Below, in pieces: positions 54,219-64,000 of a DNA stretch of 64,000 bases; within the stretch, counting starts at the first letter, position 1; every line of letters begins with the position of its first letter. The notes under the pieces are model-generated. The model was not told the DNA's origin. It saw nothing but the letters and a program-made list of their open reading frames with translations, and did not search any database. Source of the DNA: Clostridia bacterium (GTDB taxonomy: Bacteria > Bacillota > Clostridia > Oscillospirales > CAG-272). The position numbers and the translations under genes were made by a program. Location: the NCBI GenBank assembly GCA_017556745.1, contig JAFYMF010000055.1, positions 171 to 64,170 of the forward strand, in the 5' to 3' direction.

Positions 54219-54810
54219 TCTTAAACTTCAGTTTATACCTCGGTTTATCGTTCTCGGTAATAATCTTATACTGTTCCTCTGTGAAACCAACTTTTATCAG
54301 CGCTTCTTCGTTTGAAGGAGCGTTGTTTTTTTCGTTTGCTGCACTAAGACACAAAGGCGGGAACGCCACGCACCACCAGTTTTGTCCCGCGGCTTCACCT
54401 ATCTCAACTTTAAGAGAAGTATAATTTCCTGCTGGTAGTGTCAGACCCTCATATTCTCTCCGAGGGTATTTTTCTTCACCGATAGACACCCTTACCGGAT
54501 AATCATACCCCAGCTCTCTGACCTTTTCTTCTGCCGCACTCCATAACTCGTCCAGATCTTCCACAATTACAGCTTCAGCATCTTCACGGCTCATATCACA
54601 CGAGAGCTTATTTGACATCACACGAAGAACTTCATCTCTCACAAGGAGCTTCATCTGCTGATCTTCTTCACTGTCAGAATTAGCCAGAATATGAAGCCGT
54701 ACTACCTTGTCGTAAAGTTCATTTTCCCCCGACAGTGGAAGAACAGAAACTGTTGTATAAGCAAGCAGAATAAGCAATGAAATAATAAGTAAAAAAACAG
54801 GGAATCTCAT
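54187..54810 (-). CDS. spoIIR: stage II sporulation protein R
   Basis: Signal/anchor peptide, then VVRLHILANSDSEEDQQMKLLVRDEVL, typical of SpoIIR. Its 3' end overlaps cca by 32 nt. Confidence 0.88.
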   Translation of the reverse strand: MRFPVFLLIISLLILLAYTTVSVLPLSGENELYDKVVRLHILANSDSEEDQQMKLLVRDEVLRVMSNKLSCDMSREDAEAVIVEDLDELWSAAEEKVRELGYDYPVRVSIGEEKYPRREYEGLTLPAGNYTSLKVEIGEAAGQNWWCVAFPPLCLSAANEKNNAPSNEEALIKVGFTEEQYKIITENDKPRYKLKFKIIEIFESLFG

Positions 54811-54876
54811 ATTTACCTCCAATCACTTTCTATGAAGTGATTATCGGCACAAGATCCCCTTTTTATTCAATTTAAA

Positions 54877-55524
54877 TTAAAGACAAGCGGCAAAAAGCTC
54901 ATCACAGTTATCTGCAATGATCTCTGCCCCCTCTGCTTCAAGTACATCTCTGTCTCTGAATCCCCAAGTAACTCCCGCAAATGCAACTTCTGCATTACGC
55001 GCAGCTATAACGTCAGATTCAGAATCACCAACGTAAAGAGTGGTTATCTTGTCTCCACCCATTACACTGAGAGCGGTATTTATTCCGGAAGGATCGGGTT
55101 TGGGAGTTATTCCCTCTCGCTCACCCGAAACAAAATCAAACACGCCGGGAAAATACAGATCGATAAGTACCTGAACCGCAGGATCCGGTTTGTTTGACAA
55201 AAGTCCGCACTTTACTCCTCTCTCTCTAAGTGAATCTACAAGTTCGATCACTCCGGGATAAGGTGCAGTCTTTATATTAGCATGTTCTCTGTAATATTTA
55301 AGATAGTAATCCAGTATCTCCCCAAAACTCTCGTCATCCCGACTAACGCCTGATGCCTTGCTTATAAGATATCCGGCACCGTAACCGGTAAAACGGCGTA
55401 CGTCATCAGATGTCACCTGCTTCTTGCCAAAGACGCTGAGAGTATGATTGACCGCATCAGCCAGGTCAGAAAGAGTATCAAGAAGAGTACCGTCAAGATC
55501 AAAAATAACAGTACTGTATTTCAT
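54877..55524 (-). CDS. HAD-superfamily hydrolase (phosphoglycolate phosphatase/PpaX-like)
   Basis: FDLDGTLLDT motif I, LLSNK motif II and YVGDSESD motif IV. Confidence 0.85.
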   Translation of the reverse strand: MKYSTVIFDLDGTLLDTLSDLADAVNHTLSVFGKKQVTSDDVRRFTGYGAGYLISKASGVSRDDESFGEILDYYLKYYREHANIKTAPYPGVIELVDSLRERGVKCGLLSNKPDPAVQVLIDLYFPGVFDFVSGEREGITPKPDPSGINTALSVMGGDKITTLYVGDSESDVIAARNAEVAFAGVTWGFRDRDVLEAEGAEIIADNCDELFAACL

Positions 55525-55560
55525 TAAACTATTGTCCTTTTCTTTTGGGTTTAATATTAA

Positions 55561-55587
55561 ATGGCCGCCGCAAAAGCGGCGGCCATT
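55561..55587 (-). terminator. hairpin downstream of ispH-S1
   Basis: ATGGCCGCCGC-AAAA-GCGGCGGCCAT. Only a weak T tract follows on the minus strand. Confidence 0.55.
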
Positions 55588-55609
55588 TTAAGTTCTCTTT
55601 GATTATTAA

Positions 55610-57679
55610 TTACTCAGCGTCCTCAGTAACGTACTTGCTTGCCTCGGGAGCATCGCTGGAGTATACGGGAACATCAGCATCCTCAACAACTGCAGATGCA
55701 GCCTCTTCTGCTGCGGGCTCCATAAGAGCACGGATAGAAAGGTTTACCTTGCAACGATCGTGGTCAATACCGGTGATCTTAGCCTCAACGGTAGCACCGA
55801 TCTCGAGAACCTCTGCAGGATTGCCGATCTTGTGATCAGTAATCTGAGAAATGTGGATAAGGCCGTCAACACCGTCAACGATCTCAGCAAACGCACCAAA
55901 GGGAGTGAAGCTTACGATCTTAACCTCAGCAACGTCACCCTCCTGATACTTCTGGTTGAAGATGAACCAAGGATTGTCCTCGTCCTTCTTGTAGCCAAGA
56001 GAAATTCTCTTGCGCTCCTTGTCAATAGCCTTAACAAATACAACGATATTGTCGCCAACCTTAACAACCTCGGAAGGATTCTTAATACGCTTCCAAGAAA
56101 GCTCAGTGTTATGTACCATACCGTCAACACCACCGATGTCAACGAATGCACCGTAAGAGGTAAGACTCTTAACAACACCATTGTAAACCTTGCCCTCTTC
56201 AATATCGGACCAGATCTTTTCCTCAGCTGCACGTCTCTCTTCGCGAAGAACTACGCGGATAGAAGCGTATGCACGACGGCGATCAGCCTTGATCTCAATG
56301 ATCTTAACACGCTGAGTGGTACCAACGAGAATGGTAAGGTCACCGTCAGCCTTGATACCGGTGTGTGATGCGGGAACAAATACACTGTTTGAGAAGAGGG
56401 AGATGATAACACCGCCGCGAACAGCCTCGATTACTCTACCCTCAAGAATCTCACCGCTCTCATGTGCGGCAACGATCTTGTCCCAATTCTTGTGAGAGTC
56501 AATTCTCTTCTTAGAAAGAGCTGCAATACCCTCAACGTCACTTACACGGATAACGAATGCCTCGATCTCATCGCCGATCTTGAACATATCTTCAAGCTTA
56601 GCGGTGGGATCGTCTGTGATCTGGTCAAAAGCGATAGTTCCGGTAACCTTGGTACCAAGGTCAAGCTGAACTTCATTGGTGGTTATACCAATAACCGTAC
56701 CGACAACCGTGTCTCCTGTATTTAAAGTTTTGAGTGATGACTCGAGCAGTTCTTCGAAATTTTCTGTCATGATTTCTGCGCTCATTTTTTTCCTAACCTC
56801 CTGTATGATACGGTCGGGTGTAGATGCCCCCGCCGCTATTCCAACCCGCTCTGCAGGTAGAATTTTTATATTAATAAGCTCATCCGCATTCTGGATGAGA
56901 TAAGCCTTGCCGCATCTTTTGCGGCAGATGTCATAGAGCTTAGCAGTATTGGAGCTTGAACGGCCACCTATAACGACCATCACATCATTCTCCTCAGCCA
57001 TTTTCTCTACTTCAAGCTGTCTTTTTTCAGTAACACTACATATTGTATCAAAAATCAATGCGTTTGTATATACCTTTTTGATAATTTCTTGAGTTTTTTT
57101 CCATTCAGACAGATTTTGTGTGGTTTGCGCTGCTAAAACTACCCTTTCAAAGGAATATTTTCCGTTTCCGAGGGCTTCGACCTGTCGTTCTGCTTCCTCA
57201 GCTGAGTCAAATATTAACACTTCGCCGTTAACGTGACTTGCTATACCTTCAACCTCGGGATGGGTCTCGGCTCCAAGCAGCAGAAACAGAGTTTCCTTTC
57301 CCGATTCACGATCGGCGATATTATGTATCTTTTTAACAAAAGGACAAGTACAGTCTATTATCTCAAGTTGACCGGGATATTTTTCAGAAAGCTTCCTGAC
57401 CGCCTCTTCACGGTCAAGGGTAATACCGTGAGTACGGATAAGAACCTTACATATCCCATCGGCCGCAAGTATAGATTCAAGGCATGAAATATCATCAGCA
57501 TCTATTGTTCTGACTCCCTTGTCCCATAGCTCACGGTTATAGTCCGCATTGTGTATAAGTTCACCAACGGTATAGATATGAGTCCCGGGTGCAGCACTTT
57601 CTATCAACTTTTCGAGAGTATCGGTGGCTCTCTTTACCCCAAAGCAAAAGCCTGCGTTTTCAGCAACAGTTACCGTCAT
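55610..57679 (-). CDS. ispH: bifunctional 4-hydroxy-3-methylbut-2-enyl diphosphate reductase / ribosomal protein S1-like (4 S1 domains)
   Basis: N-terminal ~280 aa are IspH/LytB-like (GFCFGVKRA, THGI, SSNT). The C-terminal ~400 aa carry repeated S1 OB-fold motifs (G.V....GAFV). Confidence 0.9.
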   Translation of the reverse strand: MTVTVAENAGFCFGVKRATDTLEKLIESAAPGTHIYTVGELIHNADYNRELWDKGVRTIDADDISCLESILAADGICKVLIRTHGITLDREEAVRKLSEKYPGQLEIIDCTCPFVKKIHNIADRESGKETLFLLLGAETHPEVEGIASHVNGEVLIFDSAEEAERQVEALGNGKYSFERVVLAAQTTQNLSEWKKTQEIIKKVYTNALIFDTICSVTEKRQLEVEKMAEENDVMVVIGGRSSSNTAKLYDICRKRCGKAYLIQNADELINIKILPAERVGIAAGASTPDRIIQEVRKKMSAEIMTENFEELLESSLKTLNTGDTVVGTVIGITTNEVQLDLGTKVTGTIAFDQITDDPTAKLEDMFKIGDEIEAFVIRVSDVEGIAALSKKRIDSHKNWDKIVAAHESGEILEGRVIEAVRGGVIISLFSNSVFVPASHTGIKADGDLTILVGTTQRVKIIEIKADRRRAYASIRVVLREERRAAEEKIWSDIEEGKVYNGVVKSLTSYGAFVDIGGVDGMVHNTELSWKRIKNPSEVVKVGDNIVVFVKAIDKERKRISLGYKKDEDNPWFIFNQKYQEGDVAEVKIVSFTPFGAFAEIVDGVDGLIHISQITDHKIGNPAEVLEIGATVEAKITGIDHDRCKVNLSIRALMEPAAEEAASAVVEDADVPVYSSDAPEASKYVTEDAE

Positions 57680-58287
57680 TTGTTCTCTTCCTTCGGCTCA
57701 AGAGACAGTATTCTGTCAAATATAAGCTGCGTCGCTCTCTTGTATTCAGCTGTATTTCCACCCTCAAAAGCGAATTCATCATGTGATATTACGGGGCCGA
57801 TATAAACATCCTTACGGCCGAAAAGACGCATTCTGTATTTCTTGGTTTTAATAAACACGGGAAGCACGTTAACACCTGCGCGGTATTCGATCATTCCTAC
57901 ACCGTGGTGCAAAGGGGTATTTTCAGGATGCACATTCTTGTGTCTGTGTCCCTGGGGAAAGATTCCCACACTCTCGCCCTCTGAAATAAGGGAGATCGTT
58001 TTCTTGATAGCGGCTACATCTCCACCGCCTCTGTCTACCGAATATGCACCAAGGGCTTTAATAAGACCGCGGAGTACCGGAATCTTAAATAGCTCCGCCT
58101 TTGCAAGAAAACGGACGGGACGTCTCAGTGCCACACCGAGAACGATAACATCGAGAAAGGAGGTGTGATTTGCACAAACGATAACACCACCCTCTTGCGG
58201 CTCATTTTCTTTCCCGTAAGAGTGGATTCTGAGCACTGCTCCAAGAAAGCCACCCAATATTTTTTTAAGTCTTCTGTAAAGTTTCAT
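57676..58287 (-). CDS. plsC: 1-acyl-sn-glycerol-3-phosphate acyltransferase
   Basis: HxxxxD motif NHTSFLDV and FPQG(H)R motif. 203 aa. Confidence 0.88.
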   Translation of the reverse strand: MKLYRRLKKILGGFLGAVLRIHSYGKENEPQEGGVIVCANHTSFLDVIVLGVALRRPVRFLAKAELFKIPVLRGLIKALGAYSVDRGGGDVAAIKKTISLISEGESVGIFPQGHRHKNVHPENTPLHHGVGMIEYRAGVNVLPVFIKTKKYRMRLFGRKDVYIGPVISHDEFAFEGGNTAEYKRATQLIFDRILSLEPKEENK

Positions 58288-58304
58288 ATTTAATACCTGT
58301 TTAC

Positions 58305-58967
58305 TTATCCGATATTCTCTCGGATTATCTCAAGAGCACGGAGAACAGTCCCCTCCTCGTCAAGAAGAGAGTTATCAAGCAGGATAGCATCGGGAGCAGC
58401 TACTGCAGGTGCTACCTCTCTTGTACTGTCGTTTTTGTCTCTCTCGATCATTTCCTCAAGCACCTTCTCGGGAGTAGTCTCTATCCCCTTCGCCTTAAGC
58501 TCAAGGTATCTGCGGTTTGCCCTTGCCTCGTTTGATGCAGTGAGGAATATCTTAACCTCAGCATCGGGAAGGATAACTGTACCGATATCTCGGCCGTCCA
58601 TTACAACACTACTCTTCTCTGCAATGCTTCTCTGTGTACTGAAGAGAAATTCTCTTACCGCCGGAATTGCAGAAACAGCAGATGCGTACATTGACATTTC
58701 GGGAGTACGGATCTTATCACCTACATTCTCACCGGAGAGAAGCACACACTGTGCACCGTCAACATAGGTAAGCTCTACCACTATCTTCCCAAGAAGCGCT
58801 GTAACTGCCGCCACGTCACGAGGATCGATCTCGGCACGTTTAACGGCAAGTCCTATGGTGCGGTAGAGAGCTCCGGTGTCAACGTATATTATCCCCAGTC
58901 TTGCCGCAATCTGTTTTGCAAGATAGCTTTTTCCTGCCCCGCTGGGTCCGTCTATTGCGATCTTCAT
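58305..58967 (-). CDS. cmk: cytidylate kinase
   Basis: IAIDGPSGAGKS P-loop and VMDGRDIGTVILPDA motif. Confidence 0.95.
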   Translation of the reverse strand: MKIAIDGPSGAGKSYLAKQIAARLGIIYVDTGALYRTIGLAVKRAEIDPRDVAAVTALLGKIVVELTYVDGAQCVLLSGENVGDKIRTPEMSMYASAVSAIPAVREFLFSTQRSIAEKSSVVMDGRDIGTVILPDAEVKIFLTASNEARANRRYLELKAKGIETTPEKVLEEMIERDKNDSTREVAPAVAAPDAILLDNSLLDEEGTVLRALEIIRENIG

Positions 58968-59006
58968 TTATATTACCTCGATCTGTAATTAAGTTTTGTG
59001 CTCAAA

Positions 59007-60254
59007 TCAGTCCTGTGCCGCAGCCCCACCTGCTACATATGCAGTAGAGAAAGCAATGCCAAGATTAAATCCACCGGTATATCCGTCACAGTCGATTACC
59101 TCTCCTGCAAAGTAAAGTCCCGGGACAATCTTCGACTCCATACTGCCGGGCACAATCTCCTTGACGGCAACACCACCTGAGGTGATAATAGCCTCCTTTA
59201 CCGGCCGTGTACCGGTAAGCGAAATCTTAAAATATTTTATACTTTCAAGCAGAGCTCGTCTTTCCGCTTTTGAAACGGAATTGACCTTTTTTCTCGGGTC
59301 TATACCACTAACCTTGATCATAGGTGCGATCATCTTCTGCGGCAAAAGATCATCAAGAGAATTTATTACGTCTCTGTTTGAATATTTTGAAAAATCAGAA
59401 AGGATACGCCCGTCAAGTGTCTTTTCATCAAGGGCGGGCTTCATATCGATATATGCGGTATACTTATGCTTTGTAAAATCAAGATGAGCGGATGCGGAAA
59501 GCACGGTAGGACCGCTGAGGCCAAAGTGAGTAAACAACATCTCACCGAACTCGGAAAATACCTTCTTCCCTTTTTCATCCTTCACTGTAAATTCTACGTT
59601 TTTAAGAGAAAGTCCCATCATTGATGAACAAAGTGCACGGTCGGCTTCAAGGGGAACAAGTGAACCCTTGGGGGTAACTATACGGTGACCGAGGGACTCA
59701 GCAAAGCGGTAACCGTCACCGTCTGAACCGGTAAGGGGATAGGAAAGACCTCCGGTAGCGATTATTACCACATCGAATTTTTCACAACCGTCAGCGGTAT
59801 AAACGCCAAATTTACCTTCTTCGTCGGTCTTAATATCAAGAACCGGAGAAAAACGAAATACAGCACCGTTCTTCTTTACATAGTGAACAAGTGCATCAAC
59901 TATATCCTCTGCCTTGTCCGACTGCGGGAATACTCTGTTGCCTCGCTCTGTTTTAAGCGGAACACCGATCTCCTCAAAGAATGTCATTATATCCCTCGGA
60001 GAAAACTCTGAAAGCGCGGTATATAAAAATCTGGGGTTACGAGGAATATTCGCAAGGAACTCTTCCTCTGTACAGTTGTTAATAACATTACAGCGACCCT
60101 TGCCGGTTATTCTCAGCTTACGGCCGGGACGGCTGTTCTTTTCAAAAACTACGACGCGAGCGCCGAGAGATGCGGCTCTTCCCGCCGCAAGCATTCCTGC
60201 CGCACCGCCGCCGATAACAGCAATAGTCTTCTTATTATCCACAGGATTATTCAT
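59007..60254 (-). CDS. HI0933/YhiN-family FAD-dependent oxidoreductase (BaiN-like)
   Basis: IAVIGGGAAGMLAA dinucleotide-binding motif and C-terminal GLYFAGEVIDCDGYTGGFNL. ATG 60254 follows GAGGA by 8 nt and overlaps the rpiR-family gene end. Confidence 0.85.
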   Translation of the reverse strand: MNNPVDNKKTIAVIGGGAAGMLAAGRAASLGARVVVFEKNSRPGRKLRITGKGRCNVINNCTEEEFLANIPRNPRFLYTALSEFSPRDIMTFFEEIGVPLKTERGNRVFPQSDKAEDIVDALVHYVKKNGAVFRFSPVLDIKTDEEGKFGVYTADGCEKFDVVIIATGGLSYPLTGSDGDGYRFAESLGHRIVTPKGSLVPLEADRALCSSMMGLSLKNVEFTVKDEKGKKVFSEFGEMLFTHFGLSGPTVLSASAHLDFTKHKYTAYIDMKPALDEKTLDGRILSDFSKYSNRDVINSLDDLLPQKMIAPMIKVSGIDPRKKVNSVSKAERRALLESIKYFKISLTGTRPVKEAIITSGGVAVKEIVPGSMESKIVPGLYFAGEVIDCDGYTGGFNLGIAFSTAYVAGGAAAQD

Positions 60255-61125
60255 CGGAGTCATCCTCATGTTCCTTGGCGTAAACACCGTATTCCTCCCA
60301 TACATCCTCAAGCTTAGAAAAAGCATTCTCAACGTAATCCTGCTTCTTTCTTCCGATCGCCGCAATCATTGCGTTGATTATAGAAAGAGGGGCAACAAGA
60401 GAATCAACGAAAGATGCCATATCACTTTTAGCAATAAGCACATCATTGGCGCGCTCAGCTATAGGTGAGTTTTCGCTGTCGGTAAGGGCAATTACCCTTG
60501 CACCCTTGGCACGGGCAAAATCAACACCGCTGACTATTCTCTGAGAGTAACGGGGAAAACTGATAGCTATCATAACATCACCCTGACCGATATGGATAAG
60601 CTGTTCAAACATTTCACTTGGGCCGGCAGAATCAATAAGTCTGACGTTTTCAAAAATAACATTCAAATAAAAATGCATAAATGAGGCCAGAGGAGCACAG
60701 GATCTGACACCCACAATATATATGTTTCGTGCCGATACAATTCCGTCCACCGCACGGTCAAAGTGAGCGCGGTCAACGGCCTCGATCGTTCTCTTTATTT
60801 TATCCATATCGGATAGAAGCACCTTGTCAAGTACTTCGTCGTCCGTCATACGGGTATTTGCTACCTCAATACGCTGTACAGAGGTAAGCTTGGTACGGAT
60901 CATTTCCTGCAGAGCTCTCTGGAGTCCCGGATATCCGTCATAGCCAAGCTCGAGGGCAAATCTGACCACAGTAGACTCGGATACCTTAACAACGGCACCA
61001 AGCCTCGCAGCAGTCATATATGCCGCCTTATCATAATGTTCGGATATATACTCAGCAATAAGACGTTGCCCTTTTGAAAAGCCGGACATACCCGTTTGTA
61101 TTCTTTTAAGCAGGTCCCCACTCAA
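60247..61125 (-). CDS. MurR/RpiR-family transcriptional regulator (HTH_6 + SIS domain)
   Basis: N-terminal LLKRIQ...SKGQRLIAEYI...ARLGAVVKVSESTVVRF HTH, followed by a SIS domain. TTG start behind GGGGGA. Confidence 0.88.
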   Translation of the reverse strand: MSGDLLKRIQTGMSGFSKGQRLIAEYISEHYDKAAYMTAARLGAVVKVSESTVVRFALELGYDGYPGLQRALQEMIRTKLTSVQRIEVANTRMTDDEVLDKVLLSDMDKIKRTIEAVDRAHFDRAVDGIVSARNIYIVGVRSCAPLASFMHFYLNVIFENVRLIDSAGPSEMFEQLIHIGQGDVMIAISFPRYSQRIVSGVDFARAKGARVIALTDSENSPIAERANDVLIAKSDMASFVDSLVAPLSIINAMIAAIGRKKQDYVENAFSKLEDVWEEYGVYAKEHEDDSDE

Positions 61126-61199
61126 TGGGAGGTCCCCCTTTCCCGCAATATTAACGAGTAATTATTTTTACTCCGAGCAAATCAATTTACTCGAGTAAA

Positions 61200-62462
61200 T
61201 CATTTTACTCCGATGTCTTTTCTGTAGTGCATATCCTTGAAGCTGATCTTGCTTACTGCATCATAGGAACGCTTTATAGCACTGTCAAGATCTTCTGCAA
61301 GAGCAGTAACACCGAGAACACGACCACCTGAGGTATAGAACTTACCGTCTTTTACCTCGGTACCGGCGTGGTATACTCTGATGCTGTCATCACCGTCAAA
61401 CGCATCGGTACCGGATATCTCATAGCCCTTCTCATACTTAACAGGATAACCGCCGGAGGCAAGGACTACACATACCGCCGCATTATCGGACCACTCTATG
61501 GTGAGTTCATCAAGTTTTTCATCTATAACTGCATCGATTATGTCAACAAGATCGGTCTTGAGTCTGGGAAGCACGACCTGAGTCTCGGGATCACCGAAAC
61601 GTGCATTATACTCGATAACATATACACGACCGCCGGAAAGCATGAGACCGAAGTAAAGAACACCCTTGAATGCTCTGCCCTCTGCCGCCATAGCCTTAAC
61701 TGTAGGTTCAAATATCTCCTTCATACAAATATCTGCAATCTCGGGAGTATAGATTCGGCTGGGAGAGAAGGTACCCATACCACCGGTATTGGGACCCATA
61801 TCATTGTCATAGGCTCTCTTGTGGTCCTGTGCGGAAACCATAGGTTTAACTGTTTTACCGTCGGTAAAGGCAAGAACAGAAATCTCCTGTCCAACAAGGA
61901 ACTCCTCAATAACCACGCGGCCACCTGCCTCACCGAATACACGGTCACACATAATGCTTCTTACTGCATCAGCAGCCTCGTCAAAATTCTGTGCAATTAT
62001 AACACCCTTACCAAGTGCAAGACCTTCTGCCTTAACAACAGTGGGATACTTGTTCTGGGTCTTGATATATTCAATTGCCTCTTCGCTGTCGGTAAACACC
62101 TCGTATCCAGCGGTAGGAATACCGTACTTTTTCATAAGATCCTTAGAGAATACCTTACTACCCTCAATGATAGCAGCATTTGCTCTGGGACCGAAAGCAC
62201 GTATACCCTCTGCCTCCAGTCTATCAACCATACCAAGCACAAGGGGATCGTCAGGAGCAACAAAAACAAGGTCTACCTTCTTTTCCTTTGCCGCCTTAAC
62301 TACACCATCAATATCGGTTGCCTTGATGGGAAGGCATTCAGCAAGGCAGGAAATACCGCCATTACCGGGTACCGCATAAAGCTTACCACATTTGGGACTG
62401 CGAGAGAGAGTTTCTATTATGGTATGTTCGCGGCCACCGCCGCCTACAACAAGTATATCCAT
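61200..62462 (-). CDS. purD: phosphoribosylamine--glycine ligase
   Basis: MDILVVGGGGREH N-terminus, ATP-grasp core, ~420 aa from ATG 62462. The upstream 39 codons of the ORF track cover the promoter and leader. Confidence 0.95.
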   Translation of the reverse strand: MDILVVGGGGREHTIIETLSRSPKCGKLYAVPGNGGISCLAECLPIKATDIDGVVKAAKEKKVDLVFVAPDDPLVLGMVDRLEAEGIRAFGPRANAAIIEGSKVFSKDLMKKYGIPTAGYEVFTDSEEAIEYIKTQNKYPTVVKAEGLALGKGVIIAQNFDEAADAVRSIMCDRVFGEAGGRVVIEEFLVGQEISVLAFTDGKTVKPMVSAQDHKRAYDNDMGPNTGGMGTFSPSRIYTPEIADICMKEIFEPTVKAMAAEGRAFKGVLYFGLMLSGGRVYVIEYNARFGDPETQVVLPRLKTDLVDIIDAVIDEKLDELTIEWSDNAAVCVVLASGGYPVKYEKGYEISGTDAFDGDDSIRVYHAGTEVKDGKFYTSGGRVLGVTALAEDLDSAIKRSYDAVSKISFKDMHYRKDIGVK

Positions 62463-62516
62463 TTTACACACACAGGCACTTCTGTGCCCACCGCTCCTAT
62501 TATTTATATACATATT

Positions 62517-62545
62517 ATTATATAAAAAATATGACCTGATGTCAA
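62517..62545 (-). promoter_or_regulatory. consensus promoter of purD
   Basis: TTGACA-17 nt-TATAAT on the minus strand. Confidence 0.75.
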
Positions 62546-62587
62546 GAGCAACAACCCTACGAGACAGTTTAAAACACAATACGAAAA

Positions 62588-62617
62588 CAAAAAAAGAGCC
62601 GCTATTAAAGCGGCTCT
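62588..62617 (-). terminator. lgt terminator
   Basis: Minus strand: AGAGCCGCT-TTAATA-GCGGCTCT followed by T7. Confidence 0.8.
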
Positions 62618-62627
62618 GACAAATATA

Positions 62628-63434
62628 TTATTCTGTAATTTTTTTCTTGTATTTGACACCGGTAACTATAAAAGCCGTCACCGAAATAACAAAAAGAATA
62701 ATACTGATGAACTGCGAAGTGGAAACACCGAATACAAATCCACGAACCGCATCGCCTCTTAAAAATTCATCGCTGAATCTCACTATCGAGTACATGAAAA
62801 GATAACAGAAAACAAGCTTTCCGGAGAAAAATCCGCCATTTTCCTGCACTCTCTTGTAGAGCATCAGCAAAACTGCAAAAATCACAAGATTAAGAACAGA
62901 CTCAAGGAGCTGTACCGGAAATCTCGACACGTCATTAACCGCAGAAGATAACTCGTTACCATGAGCAGTAAATCCAAATTCACTCTCGATACCGTAACAG
63001 CATCCGCCAAGGAAACATCCAACTCTTGCAAAAGCGTGGAACAGCGGAACGATTACAGCGATAATATCCATGTATATAGCAAGGGGCAACTTTTTAACCT
63101 TAATGGTCACAATACCGGTAATGGCTCCTCCGATAAGGCCTCCGTAAAAAACGGAACCGCCAAGCAAAAGAGACAGAATAAACACAAGCTGATCAAAGTT
63201 CTTCACCTTAAACAGATACGGGACAACCCTTATGTTGGTTATAGCATAAAGCAAAGTTCCTCCAACGATAACACCAAGTGCAATGAAGAGTAAAACGATA
63301 AGCATATCGTTATCGTTCATCTTACGGCGGCGGATAAGAAAACAAGCAAGTATACCGGCCGCAAAGGCACCTATTCCCGCCATAATACCGTACATAGGAA
63401 ATGAACGACCAAATATTTCTAAGTAAGGAAACAT
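62628..63434 (-). CDS. lgt: prolipoprotein diacylglyceryl transferase
   Basis: Polytopic membrane protein with GGLIGG, FARVGCFLGGCCYG and FPVQLLES motifs. Confidence 0.88.
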   Translation of the reverse strand: MFPYLEIFGRSFPMYGIMAGIGAFAAGILACFLIRRRKMNDNDMLIVLLFIALGVIVGGTLLYAITNIRVVPYLFKVKNFDQLVFILSLLLGGSVFYGGLIGGAITGIVTIKVKKLPLAIYMDIIAVIVPLFHAFARVGCFLGGCCYGIESEFGFTAHGNELSSAVNDVSRFPVQLLESVLNLVIFAVLLMLYKRVQENGGFFSGKLVFCYLFMYSIVRFSDEFLRGDAVRGFVFGVSTSQFISIILFVISVTAFIVTGVKYKKKITE

Positions 63435-63494
63435 CGCAACTCCTGTCTGCCGTCACCGCTCTGACGGCAAAAATCATTAACTCTGTGTATATGA

Positions 63495-63520
63495 GAAAAG
63501 CGCCACAAAACTGTGGCGCT
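63495..63520 (-). terminator. terminator of the DUF4190-like gene
   Basis: Minus strand: GCGCCACA-GTTT-TGTGGCGC followed by TTTTCTC. Confidence 0.7.
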
Positions 63521-63537
63521 CTGCACTCAAAGAAAAA

Positions 63538-63924
63538 TTAATAGAGACCGCTGAGAATATCGTTAAGATCGCCAACTGCGCTGGAAGCCTCCTGAAGTGC
63601 GCACCATGCACAAGTGGAGCAAATGCTGCAGATGGTGAAAATGGGAGAAAGAGCAAGGCCGATAATGCTTATAACAAATCCGGCAGTTGCAAGACCGGAA
63701 GCCTTACCGGTAGCCTTAAGGGATGCGCCACGGCCGCTGATACCCATTATAAGGCCAACGATAGCAGTAGCAAGGATGATGATAAATGCGAAAGGAATGA
63801 TGCCGCTGAGGAGACCAAATACGATGCTTGCGATACCGCATACAAGAGAGATAATGGACTTGGTCTTACCATCGTCAACAGGACCTCTCATAGGAGCAAA
63901 GTTAGGATTAGGAATGTTGTTCAT
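63538..63924 (-). CDS. DUF4190-like small membrane protein with Cys-rich C-terminus
   Basis: Pro/Asn-rich N-terminus, three hydrophobic helices and a CSICSTCAWC segment. ATG 63924 follows GGAGG by 8 nt. Confidence 0.65.
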   Translation of the reverse strand: MNNIPNPNFAPMRGPVDDGKTKSIISLVCGIASIVFGLLSGIIPFAFIIILATAIVGLIMGISGRGASLKATGKASGLATAGFVISIIGLALSPIFTICSICSTCAWCALQEASSAVGDLNDILSGLY

Positions 63925-64000
63925 TACAAAGTCCTCCAAAAAATATTACACTTTCGTGTTATTGTTCATTATTTTATCACATAAAAAACACAATTTCAAG

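Noticed and set aside
62463-62560. Possible purine riboswitch upstream of purD.
   Set aside because: The leader from the consensus promoter to the ATG is only ~55 nt. It contains one short hairpin (GGCAC-AGAA-GTGCC), which is too short and lacks the conserved purine-aptamer loops.

Overview
64-kb chromosomal window (roughly 42% GC by eye) from a spore-forming Firmicute. The class Clostridia, possibly Oscillospiraceae/Ruminococcaceae-like, is inferred from gene content: spoIIR, an alpha/beta-type SASP, an Rnf complex and an IspH-S1 fusion. Most of the window is housekeeping. It holds rnfCDGEAB followed by a FucI-like isomerase and polA, a tRNA-Met/tRNA-Glu pair, and a compact dcw cluster (mraZ-rsmH-ftsL-PBP-murE-mraY-ftsW-murG-ftsQ-ftsZ). 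It also holds trmK, nif3, rimM-trmD, murJ with a Wzy_C ligase-like gene and two DUF4330 genes, then ptsH, uvrC-rsmD-coaD, ilvE, murA, an FMN riboswitch with ribU, yebC, argS, cca, cmk-plsC-ispH/S1, purD and lgt. Many promoters are exact or near-exact TTGACA-17-TATAAT matches. The most unusual signal is non-coding. A family of 320-350 nt multi-hairpin repeat units occurs as a tandem, hairpin-punctuated array that also carries a DUF559 endonuclease-fold gene. This array splits the normally adjacent trmK-nif3 pair (31.1-32.3 kb). A third unit lies in inverted genomic orientation between a large surface-protein gene and the mraZ promoter (26.3-26.65 kb). Hairpin arms differ between copies by compensatory or G-U-compatible changes while linear blocks of 22-36 nt stay identical. 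This suggests a structured RNA or ssDNA element, possibly an autonomous/non-autonomous selfish pair. Other items worth a second look: a 956-aa NxG-repeat, beta-helix-like surface protein with a non-LPXTG C-terminal anchor. RnfG has long acidic tails. A transglutaminase-like protein has Ser at the expected Cys nucleophile position. A perfect 24-bp inverted repeat includes the tRNA-Glu 3' end. A nucleotidyltransferase gene is broken by an in-frame TGA. No CRISPR array, rRNA, transposase or integrase was seen.
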